From assembly GCF_963921235.1 (NCBI RefSeq), contig NC_086109.1, positions 14,138,001-14,202,000 on the forward strand: a stretch of 64,000 nt of DNA. The letters are read 5' to 3'. Positions 24,041 to 37,940 of the stretch are shown piece after piece. Every line of letters begins with the position of its first letter. The first letter of the stretch is position 1. The notes beneath the pieces are model-generated. The model was not told the origin of the DNA, did no database searches, and saw nothing but the letters and a program-made list of their open reading frames with translations. A program made the translations under genes and the position numbers. This stretch comes from Mobula hypostoma. Lineage: Eukaryota.

Positions 24041-24748
24041 CACTCAATGGCCACTTTATTAGGTACACCTATGTACTGTGCAAAAGCCTTAGGCACCGTC
24101 TTATATAAAAGAGTGTGTCTAAGACTTTTGTACAGTACTGTATGTTATGTTTTTCCAGTTACCAAATGACACATAATCCTGAGTTAATACAAAGCTAAAT
24201 ACTCATATTTCTGTTTCCCACTTTCTTAATTAATCAGTCTGCAGAACTGTGCAAAAGTCTGAGGCAGCTGAGCTATAAATACTGTACACACCTGCTCATT
24301 AATGCAAATATCTAATCAGCCAATCGTGTGGCAGCAACTCAATTCATAAATGCATGCAGACGTGGTCAAGAAGTTCCATTATTGTTCTGACCAAACAACA
24401 GAATGGGGAAGAAATGTGATGTAAGTGACTTTGACCATGGAATGATTGTTGGTACCAGATGGGGTGGTTTGAGTATCTCAGAAACTGCTGATCTCCTGGG
24501 ATTTTCATGCACAACAGTCTCTAGAGTTTACAGAGAATGGTGTGAGAAGCAAATAACATCCAGTGAGTGGCAGTTCTGTGGGCAAAAATACCTGGTTAAT
24601 GAGCAAGGTCAGAGGAGAATGGCCAGACTGCTTTAAGCTGATAGGAAAGCAACAGTAACTCAAATAACCATATGTTACCAGTAGCATGCACCTCTCAACA
24701 CACGTCAAGCCTGGAAATGAAAGAGCACAAATACACACTCTGTGGCTA
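24041..24748 (+). mobile_element. Tc1-family DNA transposon remnant
   Basis: TA plus TIR cactcaatggccactttattaggtacacc. ORF 24403..24636 MGKKCDVSDFDHGMIVG..GLSISETADLLGFS is a Tc1-type paired/HTH N-terminus. Confidence 0.8.
24074..24137. mobile_element. Short Tc1/mariner-type MITE hairpin nested in the Tc1 remnant
   Basis: tactgtgcaaaagccttaggcac pairs with gtgtctaagacttttgtacagta. Confidence 0.6.
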
Positions 24749-27700
24749 CTGAATCTGTCTGTCCAGTCTGATAACGGCCCATTTATTCAGACTCTGTGAT
24801 AAATGGTCTTTAATCCATGCGAGCTCTTACCTTGTGCACCACCCTTTTATGTGGTCCATAGACAGATCATCTGGAAATCGAACCACATCACACCTGTGAG
24901 TTCCAAATCATTAATTCCATTTGTTACATCCTCAAGGAACTCTTGCAAATTCATCAGTCATGAGCTCCTTTTCATAAACCATGCTTAATTGCTTTATTTT
25001 AAACTTTGTTTAAATGACTAACTATTTCTTCCTTGATCTTCGCAACAAATATTAATTTGACTGGCCAATAGTTTCCCCATCTTTAGTCTCTCTTTGTAAA
25101 TAAGGGCACCATATTTTTGATTTTCTGATCCATTGGTATTTTGGAGCTCATGAAGTTTACTGTCTTTGTGGCCACTTCCTTTGAAGTTATTGGATGGAAG
25201 CCATTGGGTCCTCATGACTTGTTTACCTTCTGGACCTCAAGTTGTTTGAATACTTTATCTCTTCAGATAAGGAGTGTTACAAGTTCTGCCCTTCTATTTG
25301 ATATTAGCCCATGTTATCTTTGGGTTGTTTGCAATAACCTCTAATATTCAAATTATATCTCTGCTTCAGAGTTACAGTAATATAGCACAAAGCTATTCAA
25401 AAAGACCCAAACATTATTCCCTCCTACCTACACCTTGTCCATAACCCTCCATCTTCCTCACATCCACAAGCCCAGCTAAACACGTCTTAAATGCCTCTAA
25501 TGTATTTGCCTCTACCACCAAACCAGGCATGCACAACTAAGTAAAAAAAAACTTACCCCTCACATCCCACTTGAACCAATCCCCTCTCACCTTCAATGCA
25601 TGCTCTCTGGTATTAGACATTTACCAACTATCAACTCCTTTGGTAGCTTGCTCCATACACCCACCACCCACTGCCTCTTAGCCCCCTTCAAACCATATCC
25701 CCTCACCTCAAGTCTTTGCCCTGTTGTTTTAGACTTCCCTAGCTTGGGAAAATGATTGTGACAATCCACTTTCACTAAGTCCCTCATAATTCTATAAACC
25801 TCTACAGGGTCACACCCTCAGCCTCCTTCACTTCAGGGAAAACAACTTTGCAACTCAACTTTCTACCTCTTTACTGCTACATCCTCTTTGCTGGTTCCTG
25901 GGAAGTTCCCAATCTCCTACTCTACCACCATAGGCATTCTTTTTGCCCCTTCTCCTTTGTTAACAACAGCTGGCTCATCTTTTTCATGGAGTCCCTCTTT
26001 CCAAAATTTTGTGAGCATTATGAAATAGGTGCAGCCCCTTTTAATCCACTAACTCTTCCTTCAGCCCATTTCTCAATCCATTTACGAAAACACTTCCTTC
26101 ATACCTTTGTAATTACCCTAATTTCAGTTGAGGCTATTGTCATGGATGAGAGATATTTGCCCTGAAGCTGTATCTGAAATTCTACCATTGTGATCAGTAT
26201 TTAGACTAGAGGATCAAGAACGACAAGGCCACCAAAGAAAACGGAAAAGGAACCTATCTGACCTGTGCCATAATTTTAGTTGAGCCATCTACTTGGCCTG
26301 AATTCAACTTTCCCCCCTTAAAGTTTATTTTAATTTGAAAGGTATGATCAAATGTACTCCAGCCTCCTTTTTACATGAGTGCTTAACTCACTGGTTTAAA
26401 AGGCACCTTCCACAGGTGATAATATCTTACAGGAATTGAGCAGAATAGTTTTATACCTTCTGCCATTTACAAAAGTCCAGCAAGACAGGAGGTAGATTCC
26501 ATGAACCTCCCTACGGAATGGTCCAGAAGTTGTGGGCATGGGCTCTGCCTGCAGGGGTAAACTACTAAACTTGTCAGAAACCTTTTTCCTCTTAATGGTT
26601 AATTTTTTTTTTGGCATTCATTGCTACCAGACAGCTGTGGATATAGTTAGGAACGAGAGTACTAGAATCAGGGAGCAGAGAACAGGCCCCTTGTCCCACC
26701 ACATCAACGCCAACCCAAGTGCCCTGATCCCATTCGTCAGCATTTGGCCAGTTCTATGCATTGGTGAGCCACATATTGCTCCAGGTACTTTTTAAAACGT
26801 TAGAGTAATCTCTGCAACCATCTTTTCATAGTGTGTTCCAGATTGCAACTACCACCTGGTGAAACATTTTCCTCATGTTCCCTAACCCTTAATCTGTAAC
26901 ATCCCCATAGTGGTAGTGTGCCTATTAGCTCCAAGGGAAACACATACAACCTATCCAGTCTTCCCGTAGATGAAATGCTCCATCCCAATGTCCTAGTAAA
27001 TCTCCTTACACTCCAGTGCAATAACATCCTTTGTGACCCAAATTTTAAGGTTCTACCAAAACCTTTTATACTCTATACCACAGGCAATGAAGGTTCATAT
27101 CTCAATGGTTTACATGCAGTGCCATTAAAGGAATGTTATGGACTTTTAAGTCTATATATCCTCCTGTACTCACCACAGGGTCTTAGCATTCGCTGTGCAC
27201 ATCCTAACCTCACTGGATCTCCCAAAATGCATCACGTCATTCGGCACAACTACATCGGCCACCACTCCAGCCAACAAACACCCTGATCAATTTTGTTGCA
27301 TAACCCAAGACTATTCTCACATTCAATGCACATGCACTTGGTAGATGTGAAAATTGATGGCTTTTACATATCTAAAACAGTCATGTACATCTCTGGACCT
27401 TAAAGGAATTGAAGCAAAAATTTTGTCCAGAGATACAAGAGACTGGGGATGCTGGAATCTGAAGCAAAAGGCAGGGGAAAAACTCAGCAGATTATGCAAA
27501 AGATATGCCTGCCATTTTGGATTGAGATTCTGTGTCAGCAATTTTATCGAATCACATGAAATCTGTCAGAAGAAACTTTGACCTCAACATCTCTGTTGAA
27601 ACCACCGATGTCACTTCCTGAAATGCTCTGTGCTTGGTACATCATGAGGCACTGCATTTATCAGTGTTGGAAATAGTCTCCACTTCAATAGTATGGAATA

Positions 27701-27769
27701 CTCAGAAACACTTCCCTCTGGTCTGCTGTCTGCTTCCCTTCGCGTGCATGGGGCACACCACATTAAAGT

Positions 27770-27822
27770 TAAGAAAAACAACATGCAAAGTACACAGAAA
27801 ATCTTTCACTGATTATTTTATT
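27770..27822 (-). terminator. Candidate polyadenylation signal of the ETNK gene (implies a 3' UTR of about 3.5 kb)
   Basis: AATAAA on the minus strand at 27822-27817, followed by a GU/U-rich tract (ttttctgtgtactttgcatgttgtttttctt). The interval back to the stop codon is comparatively TE-poor. Confidence 0.5.
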
Positions 27823-30800
27823 TACACGGTTATTAGCAGTAACCTCAAAACAGTTGAATTCCACAGGAGGTAGACAAATTCATCAAGTCTTAGATCTTTT
27901 TTGCCGCCACTTTTATCCAGGGTCATCTTGCACTCGAGGCAGCAGTCAGCTCCCCCCACCCCCCAGCATCATGTGGCCACATGAATAGTTATGATCAACC
28001 AATAGCAAAGATTTAGTCTAACAAAATCCGATCAACATATTATTTGTGCGCATAGTTTAGTAAAACTGATCACAGCTTGATTAGAATTCACAAGCCAGTC
28101 CACTGTGGCTAAAGTTCCTCAGGTTTAAGATCTGAAAGTTTTGGTGCTCTCTTTTAGTTATCAGATCCTTCACCATCATAAGTTTATGAACAGCTAGACG
28201 AAACATAGATTTCTTGTTCTCTCTGTTACTGACCCACATCTTCCCTACTCTGGAATCTGCTTGATACAAGAAAAGGCGACCCTCCTGAATAAAGGAACCT
28301 CCAGTCCACCAACCAGTAGCTGGAATCACATTAAATCAAATCTTTTTTTTAAAAAAAAAAGAGAATCTTGGATTCAGTGCTTCACAGGTTAAGTGCACCC
28401 TTCATTAATCAGACACTAAAAGAAAAACAAAATTTCCACTCAGTCTAAAAGTAGACAAAGTATACACACTGATAAATATTGTTTACTAGTTTATAAACAG
28501 GCATTACAACAACAAAAACTGCAGCATTGTAATTACAAAATGTACAGCAGACCTGCATTCCAGTAATCAGTTTGAAAGACATCTCTACACTTAGCTTCTG
28601 GGTTAGGAATTGGACACATATTGAGATGAGCTGAAAGTAACGGAGATGGCTGATGGGCATTAGAAGCAGAGTAGCTCAGGGCTGGGGTGGGGGGTGATGG
28701 CAAGAGGAAGGAAGGTGGTAGTAACCACAATTGCCTTAAATGTAGACAGACCCATTTATGTTCCTGCTCCTCTTCACGATCTCCTTGGTCATTCTGTTGT
28801 GCTTGGAAAGGGGCAAGAGCTAATTGAGGAAAACAAGGGCATGACCCGAGTGGGCTCCTTTCCTTGACAATTTGTTCTGTTCAGTCAGGCTGCCTTTGGA
28901 TGATAATGGCCAGTTCAGCGCTCCCTCACCCCTGCCTAACTTCACAAACAAAAATGTTTTTCTTAATATTAAAAAGGGACCATATTTGTCTACTATCATT
29001 TACAACCAGAACAGAGAGGATTGTGATATGAAGCTGTACTGTCACTGCAGGGCTATCTAATGCTGATGGAAATTGCTTCTATTACATGGGCGATCCAATG
29101 TATAAAGTTGTCACCCAAGACCCTCTTCAAATAGTTCTATGAAGCTGATTTTGTTAATGAAGGAGAAGGCGTGAAGTGAGTTGACAGATGGGTCAGTAGA
29201 TATTCATGACAGTATGAAATGGTAAAGTCACTGGAATTCTGGTGTTAAGCAAGTGGTCACACTGGGCATCACAAATGCATGCAAGTGCAGCATGTAGACT
29301 TTGCCTGAAAGCATCACAACACAGCAGCTCAAAATGTATGATGATTTGGGAAACTTTCTAATGTATCACTCAAATGCCACACCTCTGACTACTGTAGCCA
29401 AGCCAAGGTTACAATCATCCTGAAGAGTTGAGAAAATACTTCCTCCCCCCACTGCAAATATTCAAATAACTTCAGTGAGGGGTCATTCATCCAAATAACA
29501 GCAATACAAGCTTTCCATCTATTCGGAGTAGCAGGATAGTTCAGCTTCGGGCTACAGCTGGCTAAACTACAAACGCTGTGTAATACTATAGGGAAGTTGC
29601 AGATTGATCAGAAATGTCTGTCTTTGCACTGCAAAACAATTTTTTTTTAAATGGCATGTAAGACAGTGATAATAAATCTGATTCTGAAATGCACATTGTG
29701 AGGTAACTAACATTGTAATTGGAAGATTCTGCAAATCCCAGGTAACACAGACACAGACACACACACAATGCTGAAGGAACTCAAGCAGATCAAGCAGCAT
29801 CTATGGAGAGGAATCGATCCGGACTGAAGAGTCTCCGCCCATAACACTGACTGTTTAATCCTCTCCCTAGATACTGCCTGACCCACTGAGTTCCTCCAGC
29901 ATTTTGTGTGCGTGACAACACATATTTCCCACTGGTGTTTTGTGAAAGTCTGTTGATGAGAGAGTGAGCAGTGAGATGGTACAAGTTTTAGAGCAGAAGC
30001 AGTGGGTACTGCGAAGGACACCCCTCAACCTGTCACCACTGAAATAAGAGAAGATCCTGGATGGACTCAGCTGGTCAGGCAGCAACTGCTTTAGTGTGGC
30101 AGAGAGACTCAGCAACTGCATTGAGCTTACTATGACTACATGGGTCTCCTCCCAGGGACCCAGGGTCATTCCAGACCTCAGAGGGATTTACATATCCTTT
30201 CTGTGACTACATGGGCTTCCTTCTACTTGTGGGTTGGTAAGTTAATTGACCACCATGTATCACCTCATGTGTGCAGTGTAGTTGAGCGAGGGAAAGAAAG
30301 TTTCAGCTCAATAGCCTTTGTCTTTTGCCCCTCCAGTCTCCAACTCTGCTAGAAACCAAAACGGTCTAAAAGAGCTGCCATCTCAGGACACAATCATCAT
30401 TACATAGCAGTTTGAGTGTATACAGTTTTAGCCAAACATGTGCCTCCCCCCCAACCCCCACCCACCCTCCAGCAGCTGGCCATCTCTGTGTACATGCTCT
30501 GCATCTACAGGTCACATGCGTCACGTAAGTGAGGAGGCCACCGACCCTCTTCACTTTCAGTCAACCCCACCCAGTGCTAGGGAGCTGGACAGGATAGTGC
30601 ACACACTGCCCGAGCTTCAAATCTCACGCCCGCTTGTTCTCACACACTATTAATAAAAACTACAACCGATTTACTGACCCCCTCATGCCTGGTGTCAGGG
30701 GTTACTTCTGAAGCAACTTCAGAGATTCCTGCCAGCCCTGGAGCTGCTGATGTTGGTGTCAGTCTAAACCTCCCTGTGATGAGGGTGGCAAAGGCTCAAT

Positions 30801-31285
30801 AACCAATGTTCCTCGAAATAGTCAATGATCAAAAACATCACCACCCCTCCACACTGTCCACCATACCCCCCCCCCTCCACCCACTGCCACATTTTCAGAT
30901 TACTCCTCAATTTGGTCCCCATTGAGAGCAAACAAGATCTGGAATGTGATTAAACTCTGGAATTTTATGGGGGCCATGACAGGGATGCAATGGAGAAAAA
31001 AAAAGGACTAGGGCTCAGAAGGACTGCTTTCGTCTTCGACCCCAGGCTCACAGTAACACTCAAACTAAGAGAAGCCAAGACTCTGGCTAACAGACCACTT
31101 GGCTAATTCTCCAGGGCCGTGCCCATAGTGAGCACAGGTCAAGAACCTGGGGGTGGGGTCTAGTTTGCAATCTCAAACTGCAGGGATTAGGCTCAATAAA
31201 TTGAAGAGGAAGTGAGGTTGTATACTGATAGGACCGCCAAGGGGTGATTGTGCACCATGGCAATGGAACACGATTTCACCCTATC

Positions 31286-31358
31286 TCACACCGGAGTCTG
31301 AAGAGCAGTGACACAAGGCTTCATCTTGAAGTACTGGTTAAACCTCAGGACACTGTAC
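31286..31358 (-). CDS. ETNK2: Ethanolamine kinase last coding exon: (G)YSVLRFNQYFKMKPCVTALQTPV-stop
   Basis: Acceptor ttttgtcttgcag, phase 2 start, RFNQYFKMKP motif, TGA at 31288-31286. Confidence 0.92.
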
Positions 31359-31747
31359 CTGCAAGACAAAAAAGGAACATGTTACTGAGGTAAGGCAGGA
31401 ACATCAGTAGTTGTAGCTTTATCATCACTCAAGGGTAGAAGTGAAGGCAATCGATTTTGTTTGAAAGGATCAAGTGGTGGTTTATGAAAATAGATGTTAA
31501 TGAAAGAATCCAGGATTTTCTTCTTGAGAATGGGACCAGTGATTATGTAATGTTACTTATGGCCTAAATATTTGTGTAATTAGGACTGGGAAGCAATACT
31601 ATCTGTACTTAGATGATTAGAATGCTTATTCTTTGCTCAGAAATTGAAAATGTGTGAAATGAAATTTAATAAACTGGGTAGGAAATACTGGTTCTTGAAG
31701 GGAGCTTTCAGCAAATTTTCAAATGGTGTTAGCCCCTAGGTACTTAC

Positions 31748-31821
31748 CCTAAGAAATCGAAGTCTATTGTGGAATACTTTGCTTGAATCAATGCCCAGAA
31801 CCCCCAGAAGAAATGAGATGC
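31748..31821 (-). CDS. ETNK2: Ethanolamine kinase penultimate coding exon (74 bp): ASHFFWGFWALIQAKYSTIDFDFL(G)
   Basis: Acceptor ttttgctttcag, donor gtaagt, phase 0 to 2. Peptide matches the conserved ETNK C-terminal ASHFFWxxWALIQ motif. Confidence 0.93.
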
Positions 31822-33020
31822 CTGAAAGCAAAAATTTCAAAAGGACTACTTTAAATTAATGTTCAGTTGAGAATCTTTAAATTATTAGCACAGTCCTGTG
31901 CTTCTTTTAGAGGGGTTTGGGTAGCACAGAGAAAAGGGTGGTTCAGAAAGGTTCAACATTGCTCTCGATATGTGCTGGGGTATATGGTATTTGCTTGTAT
32001 ACCCGGTTGTCACAGGTACACCAACTGGATTCTCGACCATTCACAACCCTTAATCAAATTTATGGAAGCAACCTGAGATACAGGCACCAAAAATGTCAGG
32101 AGGCTATTAAACAAACTTCTGTAAAGATTTCCATATTGTTGCTAATACCACTGGCTTTGGAGCATACCAACTGACCTGCGATAAACTGATCAACCCAAGG
32201 AAGACTGGAGGGTGATAATCAAAGGAATGAGTGACTTTAAAAATTAATAGTTTAATTACATAACTTAAAGTTAGCATACGATCACTTTGGAAAAGCAATG
32301 GCATGTTGACTTTTAATGCGAGGGGCTGGGATACGACAGCCAGGAAACCTTTGTTTGACTGTATTGGGTTGGTGAAAAATTGGAGTTTGGCTTGCAAATT
32401 TGGTCCCTGTATCAGAGGGTATCTAAAAGTGGATTTCTGAGATCAGCTAGAAGACAGCGGGTCTGCACTCACTAGAGCTTAAAATTAGTAGCTCTGTGAT
32501 TAAAAAAGAACACAGAACAATTGGGATAGATTGACTTGGTGAAGGGTTTTTTCTTCAAATGTCCAGAGTTCAGAACTAGAAGGCAGTGTCAGAAAGCAGG
32601 TCATTTATCCAGATGCAATGTCATTTGGGTGTTGAGAAGGTTATAAGTGCTCAGCAGTTGAGTTGTTTGCAATCTGAGGTTTAATTTTGAGAAGGGAGTT
32701 GGAAATGATCAAAGTACAAGGTCAATGGATTTACAGGTTTTTTGGTTAAGCGGCAGACAGAACAGCCTTGAGGATACACTGCTAATTCTCAACATCTCAG
32801 ACTTGTACATGACCTGAAGAGCATGCTATTCCATCAATGATGCATTCATTAGATCTGGTCATTTCACAAGCTACTAAACTTCTAGTTTCAGTAGGCACTT
32901 CTTGTCGGTCCCCTTTTATTTCCAGAGAGGTGAAATAACACCAAAGGCCAGGACACGCTCAGTGTTTCAACACCTTCCAACTCCAGATTTAAAGGTCACA
33001 TTTTAAAAAAAAACAACAAA

Positions 33021-35712
33021 CTCCAATTTATAGACAATAGGTGCAGAAGTAGACTATTCGGCCCTTCGAGCCTGCACCGCCATTCTGAGATCATGGCTGA
33101 TCATCTACTATTAATACCCAGTTCCTGCCTTGTCCCCATAACCCTTGATTTCCCTATCCATAAGATACCTATCTAGCTCCTTCTTGAAAGCATCCAGAGA
33201 ATTGGCCTCCACTGCCTTCTGAGGCAGCGCGTTCCACACCTCCACAACTCTCTGGGAGAAGTTGTTCCTCCTCAACTCTGTCCTAAATGACCTACCCCTT
33301 ATTCTTAAACCATGCCCTCTGGTACTGGACTCTCCCAGCATCTGGAACATATTTCCTGCCTCTATCTTGTCCAATCCCTTAATAATCTTATATGTCTCAA
33401 TCAGATCCCCCCTCAATCTCCTTAATTCCAGCGTGTACAAGCCCAGTCTCTCTAACCTCTCTGCGTAAGACAGTCCAGACATCCCAGGAATTAACCTAGT
33501 GAACCTACGCTGCACCTCCTCCACAGCCAGGATGTCCTTCCTTAACACTGGAGACCAAAACTGCACACAATACTCCAGGTGTGGCCTCACCAGGGCCCTG
33601 TACAAATGCAAAAGGATTTCCTTGCTCTTGTACTTAATTCCCTTTGTAATAAAGGTCAACATTCCATTAGCCTTCTTCACTGCCTGCTGCACTTGCTCAT
33701 TCACCTTCAGAGACTGATGAACAAGTACTCCTAGATCTTTGTATTTCTCCCTTACCTAACTCCACACAGTTCAGATAATAATCTGCCTTCCTGTTCTTGC
33801 TCCCAAAGTGAATAACCTCATACTTATTCACATTAAACGCCATCTGCCAAGTTTCTGCCCACTCACCCAGCCTATCCAAGTCACCCTGAATTCTCCTAAC
33901 ATCCTCATCTCATGTCACACTGCCACCCAGCTTAGTATCATCAGCAAACTTGCTGATGTTATTCACAATGCCTTCCTCTAAATCATTGACGTAAATCGTA
34001 AACAGCTGTGGTCCCAATACCGAGCCCTGTGGTACCCCACTAGTCACCACCTGCCATTCAGAGAAACACCCATTCACTGCTACCCTTTGCTCTCTATCTG
34101 CCACCAGTTTTCTATCCATGTCAATATCCTCCCCCCAATGCCATGAGCTCTGATTTTACCCACCAATCTCCTATGGGGTACCTTATCGAATGCCTTCTGA
34201 AAGTCAAGGTACACCACATCCACTGGATCTCCCGTGTCCATCTTCCCTGGTTACATCCTTGAAAAACTCCAATAGACTAGTCAAGCATGATTTGCCCTTG
34301 GTAAATCCATGCTGGCTCGACCCAATCTTATCACTGCTATCAAGATATGCCGCTATTTCATCTTTAATAATGGACTCTAGCATCTTCCCCACTACTGATG
34401 TTAGGCTAACAGGGCGATAGTTCTGTTTTCTCCCTCCCTCCTTTCTTAAAAAGTGGGATAACATTAGCCATTCGCCAATCCTCAGGAACTGATCCTGAAT
34501 CTAAGGAACATTGGAAAATGATCACCAATGCATCCGCAATTTCCAGAGCCACCTCCTTTCGTACCCTAGGATGCAGACCATCTGGACCTGGGGATTTGTT
34601 AGCCTTTAGTCCCGTCAGTCTACTCATCACCGTTTCCTTCCTAATGTCAATCTGTTTCAGTTCCTCTGTTACCCTATGTCCTTGGCCCATCCATACATCT
34701 GGGAGATTGCTTGCGTCTTCCCTAGTGAAGACAGATCCAAAGTACTTATTAAATTCGTCTGCCATTTCTCTGTTTCCCATAACAATTTCTCCCAATTCAT
34801 TCTTCAAGGGCCCAACATTGTTCTTAACCATCTTCCTGCTCTTCATATACCTAAAAAAAAACTTTTGCTATCCTCCTTTATATTCCTAGCTAGCTTGCGT
34901 TCATACCTCAATTTTTCTCCCCGTATTGCCTTTTTAGTTAAGTTCTGTTGCTCCTTAAAAATTTCCCAATCATCCGTCTTCCCACTCACCTTAGCATAGC
35001 ATTAAAAAAGTATAACAGAGCTATCTCTGACTTCCTTTGTCAACCACTGTGGCCACTTTCCCCCCTTTGAATCCTTCCTTCTCTGGGGGATGAACTGATT
35101 TTGCACCTTGTGCATTATTCCCAAGAATACCTGCCATTGCTGTTCCACTGTCTTTTCTGCTAGGATATCTGATCAGTCAACTTTAGCCAGTTCCTCCCTC
35201 ATGGCTCCATAGTCTCCTTTGTTCAACTGCAATACTGACACTTCTGATCTGCCCTTATCCCTCTCAACTTGCAGATAAAAACTTACCATATTATGGTCAC
35301 TACCTCCTAATGGCTCCTTTACTTCAAGATCACTTATCAAATCCTGTTCATTGCACAACACTAAATCCAGAATAGCCTTATCCCTGGTCGGCTCTCGTAC
35401 AAGCTGCTCCAAAAATGCATCCCGTAGGCACTCTACAAACTCCCTATCCTGGGGTCCAGTACCAACCTGATTTTTCCAGTTCACCTGCATGCTGAAATCC
35501 CCCATAACTACTGCGACATTTCCTTTGCCACATGCCATTGTTAACTCCCTATTCAAATTGCACCCAATATCCATGCTACTGTTTGGGGGCCTGTAGATAA
35601 CACCTATTAGGGTCTTTTTGCCCTTACTGTTCCTCAGTTCTATCCACACTGACTCTACTTCTCCTGATTCTATGTCCCCCCTTGCAAGGGACTGAATCTC
35701 ATTCCTCACCAA
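33021..35712 (-). mobile_element. 5'-truncated CR1 LINE in an ETNK intron (same strand as the gene)
   Basis: Frameshifted ORF2 pieces 35173..35712 (endonuclease), 34406..34846, 33910..34119 (FADD) and 33111..33704. Confidence 0.92.
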
Positions 35713-36504
35713 TGAATGACACCATTTGCCACAATATCACTGCCAATGATCTAAACTTTGCATCCAATGTTATAGTGAAATTTCTAACTCTGGGCAGGTA
35801 ATTCTTCGGTCTTTTCCTCCTTAACTATAATAGCAGATGTTAAATCGCCAACTCGTAAATAGTCAATAATTTGGTTTTAAATCTGCCCCCCTCCCCCAGA
35901 TCCCATCATCCTCACTCCCTCACCCATCGCTGCTTATCGTGGCAGTTCCATCTGTTAGGCAGCATTAACAGCAAACTAGATCTCGAGTGTGACTCAACTG
36001 TTTTTTCAGCAATTGCAAGTGAAGTGGGGGTTGCAGCAGGAAAAATGATTACAAAAAGTCCTTTTGACCAAGTTTCGGGCATAACTGGAACACAATATTA
36101 AAAAGAGAAAAACTCAGTCACCATCTTGGGGAGCAACAGAACAGACTATAATCTAAACTTCTCTTGCATCAAGCAATCTGTTAAAGCTTTGTGGAACAGC
36201 ACTGGTTTGACACGGTCCACTGCTAGACTTGCTAATCTGCCGCCGTTAGTGTCAGGATTCTGATCAACAGGTTGCTGAAGGGAACATATCACAATGCCTA
36301 GTGATACAATTGTCTTCTCCAAACACAGTAAGAATGAGAACTATGGAACAAAGTACAAAGGTTACCACCAACCTGTTACTGGAACAGCATGTCTAAGGTA
36401 GTTTCAAGTACAAGTCCTACAATGTGACTTCAGTTTTCATTCCATTTTAAATGCTACACTGAATACTTAAAACAACTGATTTGTGGGTACAAACTCAAGA
36501 GATT

Positions 36505-37940
36505 ACCACAAGACACAGGAGCAGAATTAGCCCACTTGGCCCATCGAGTCTGCTCTGCTATTCCATCATGGCAGATTCATTATCCCTCCCAACCCCATTC
36601 TCCTACCTTCTTCCCGTAACCTTTGACACCCTGACTAACCAAGAACCTATCACCCTCCACTTTAAATATACTCAATGACTTGGCCTCCAAAGCAGTCCAT
36701 GGCAATGGATTCCAGATTCACCACCATCTGCACTAAAGAAATCATTCCTTATCTCCATTCTAAATAGATGTCTTTCTAGTCCTAGACTCTCACACCATGG
36801 GAAGAATCCTCTCCACATCCACTCTATCTACATCTTTCAATATTTGAAAAGTTTCAGTGATATCCCCCTCATTCTTCTACATTCCAGTGAGTACAGGCTC
36901 AGAGCCATCATTTTGTATTTGCACAGTTCAATATCTTTTGTGCACTGGTTATCCATCCTGTTGGCGCAGTCTTTTATTGATTCTCTTATGTTAATGGACT
37001 GAGTATGCCCGCAAGAAAATAAATCTCAGGGCTGTATATGGTGACATGTGCACTTTGATAATATACATAGAAACATAGAAAACCTACAGCACAATACAGC
37101 CCCTTCAGCCCACAATGCTGTGCCGAATATGACCTTACTTTAGAAATTACCTAAGGTTACCCATAGCCCTCCATTTTTCTAAGCTCCATGTACCTATCCA
37201 AGGGTCTTTTAAAATACCCTACTGAATCCGCTTCCACCGTCATCAGCTGCAGCCCATTCCACACTCTACATAAAAGAAAGCTTAACCCTGACATCTCCTT
37301 TATACCTACTTCCAAGCACCTTAAAACTTTGCCCTCTCATACTACTTTGAACTTTCATTCCCAAAATCAGTCTCGTGAACTCCCAAATGCCAGCACATCT
37401 TTTCTTAGATAAGGAGCCCAAAACTGATCACCATACTCCCAGATGTGATGTGACTAATGTCTTATGAAGCCTCAGCATCACACCCTTGCTCTTATATTCT
37501 AGTCCTCTTGAAATAAATGCAAATATTCCTTCCAACCAATTCAACTGGCAAGTTAGCCTTTAGGGAATCCTGCACAAGGAGTTCCAAGTCCCTTTGTACC
37601 TCTGATTTTTGAAGTTCCTCTGTTAATAAAATAGTCTGGATCTTTATTGCTTCTTAAGTCCAGGACCGTACAGTTCCCTAAGCTATATTCCATGTCACTT
37701 CTGTGCCCATTCACCCAATCTGTCTAAGACTATCTGCAGACTCCCTGTTTTTCCTCAACACTACCTGCCGCTCCACCCATCTTTGTATGGTCTGCAATGC
37801 TGGCCACAAAGCCATCAATTCCATCATAAAAATCACTGGTGTATAACGTGGAAAGAAATGATCCCAATACAGATCCTTGTGGAACACCACTGGTCATCGG
37901 CTGCCAAACACAAAAGGCCCCCTTTATTCAAACTCCTTCT
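36505..37940 (-). mobile_element. Old CR1 3' fragment with nested LINE fragments
   Basis: 3' end similar to 5440-5960. A second CR1 tail lies at about 37066-37340. Confidence 0.65.
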
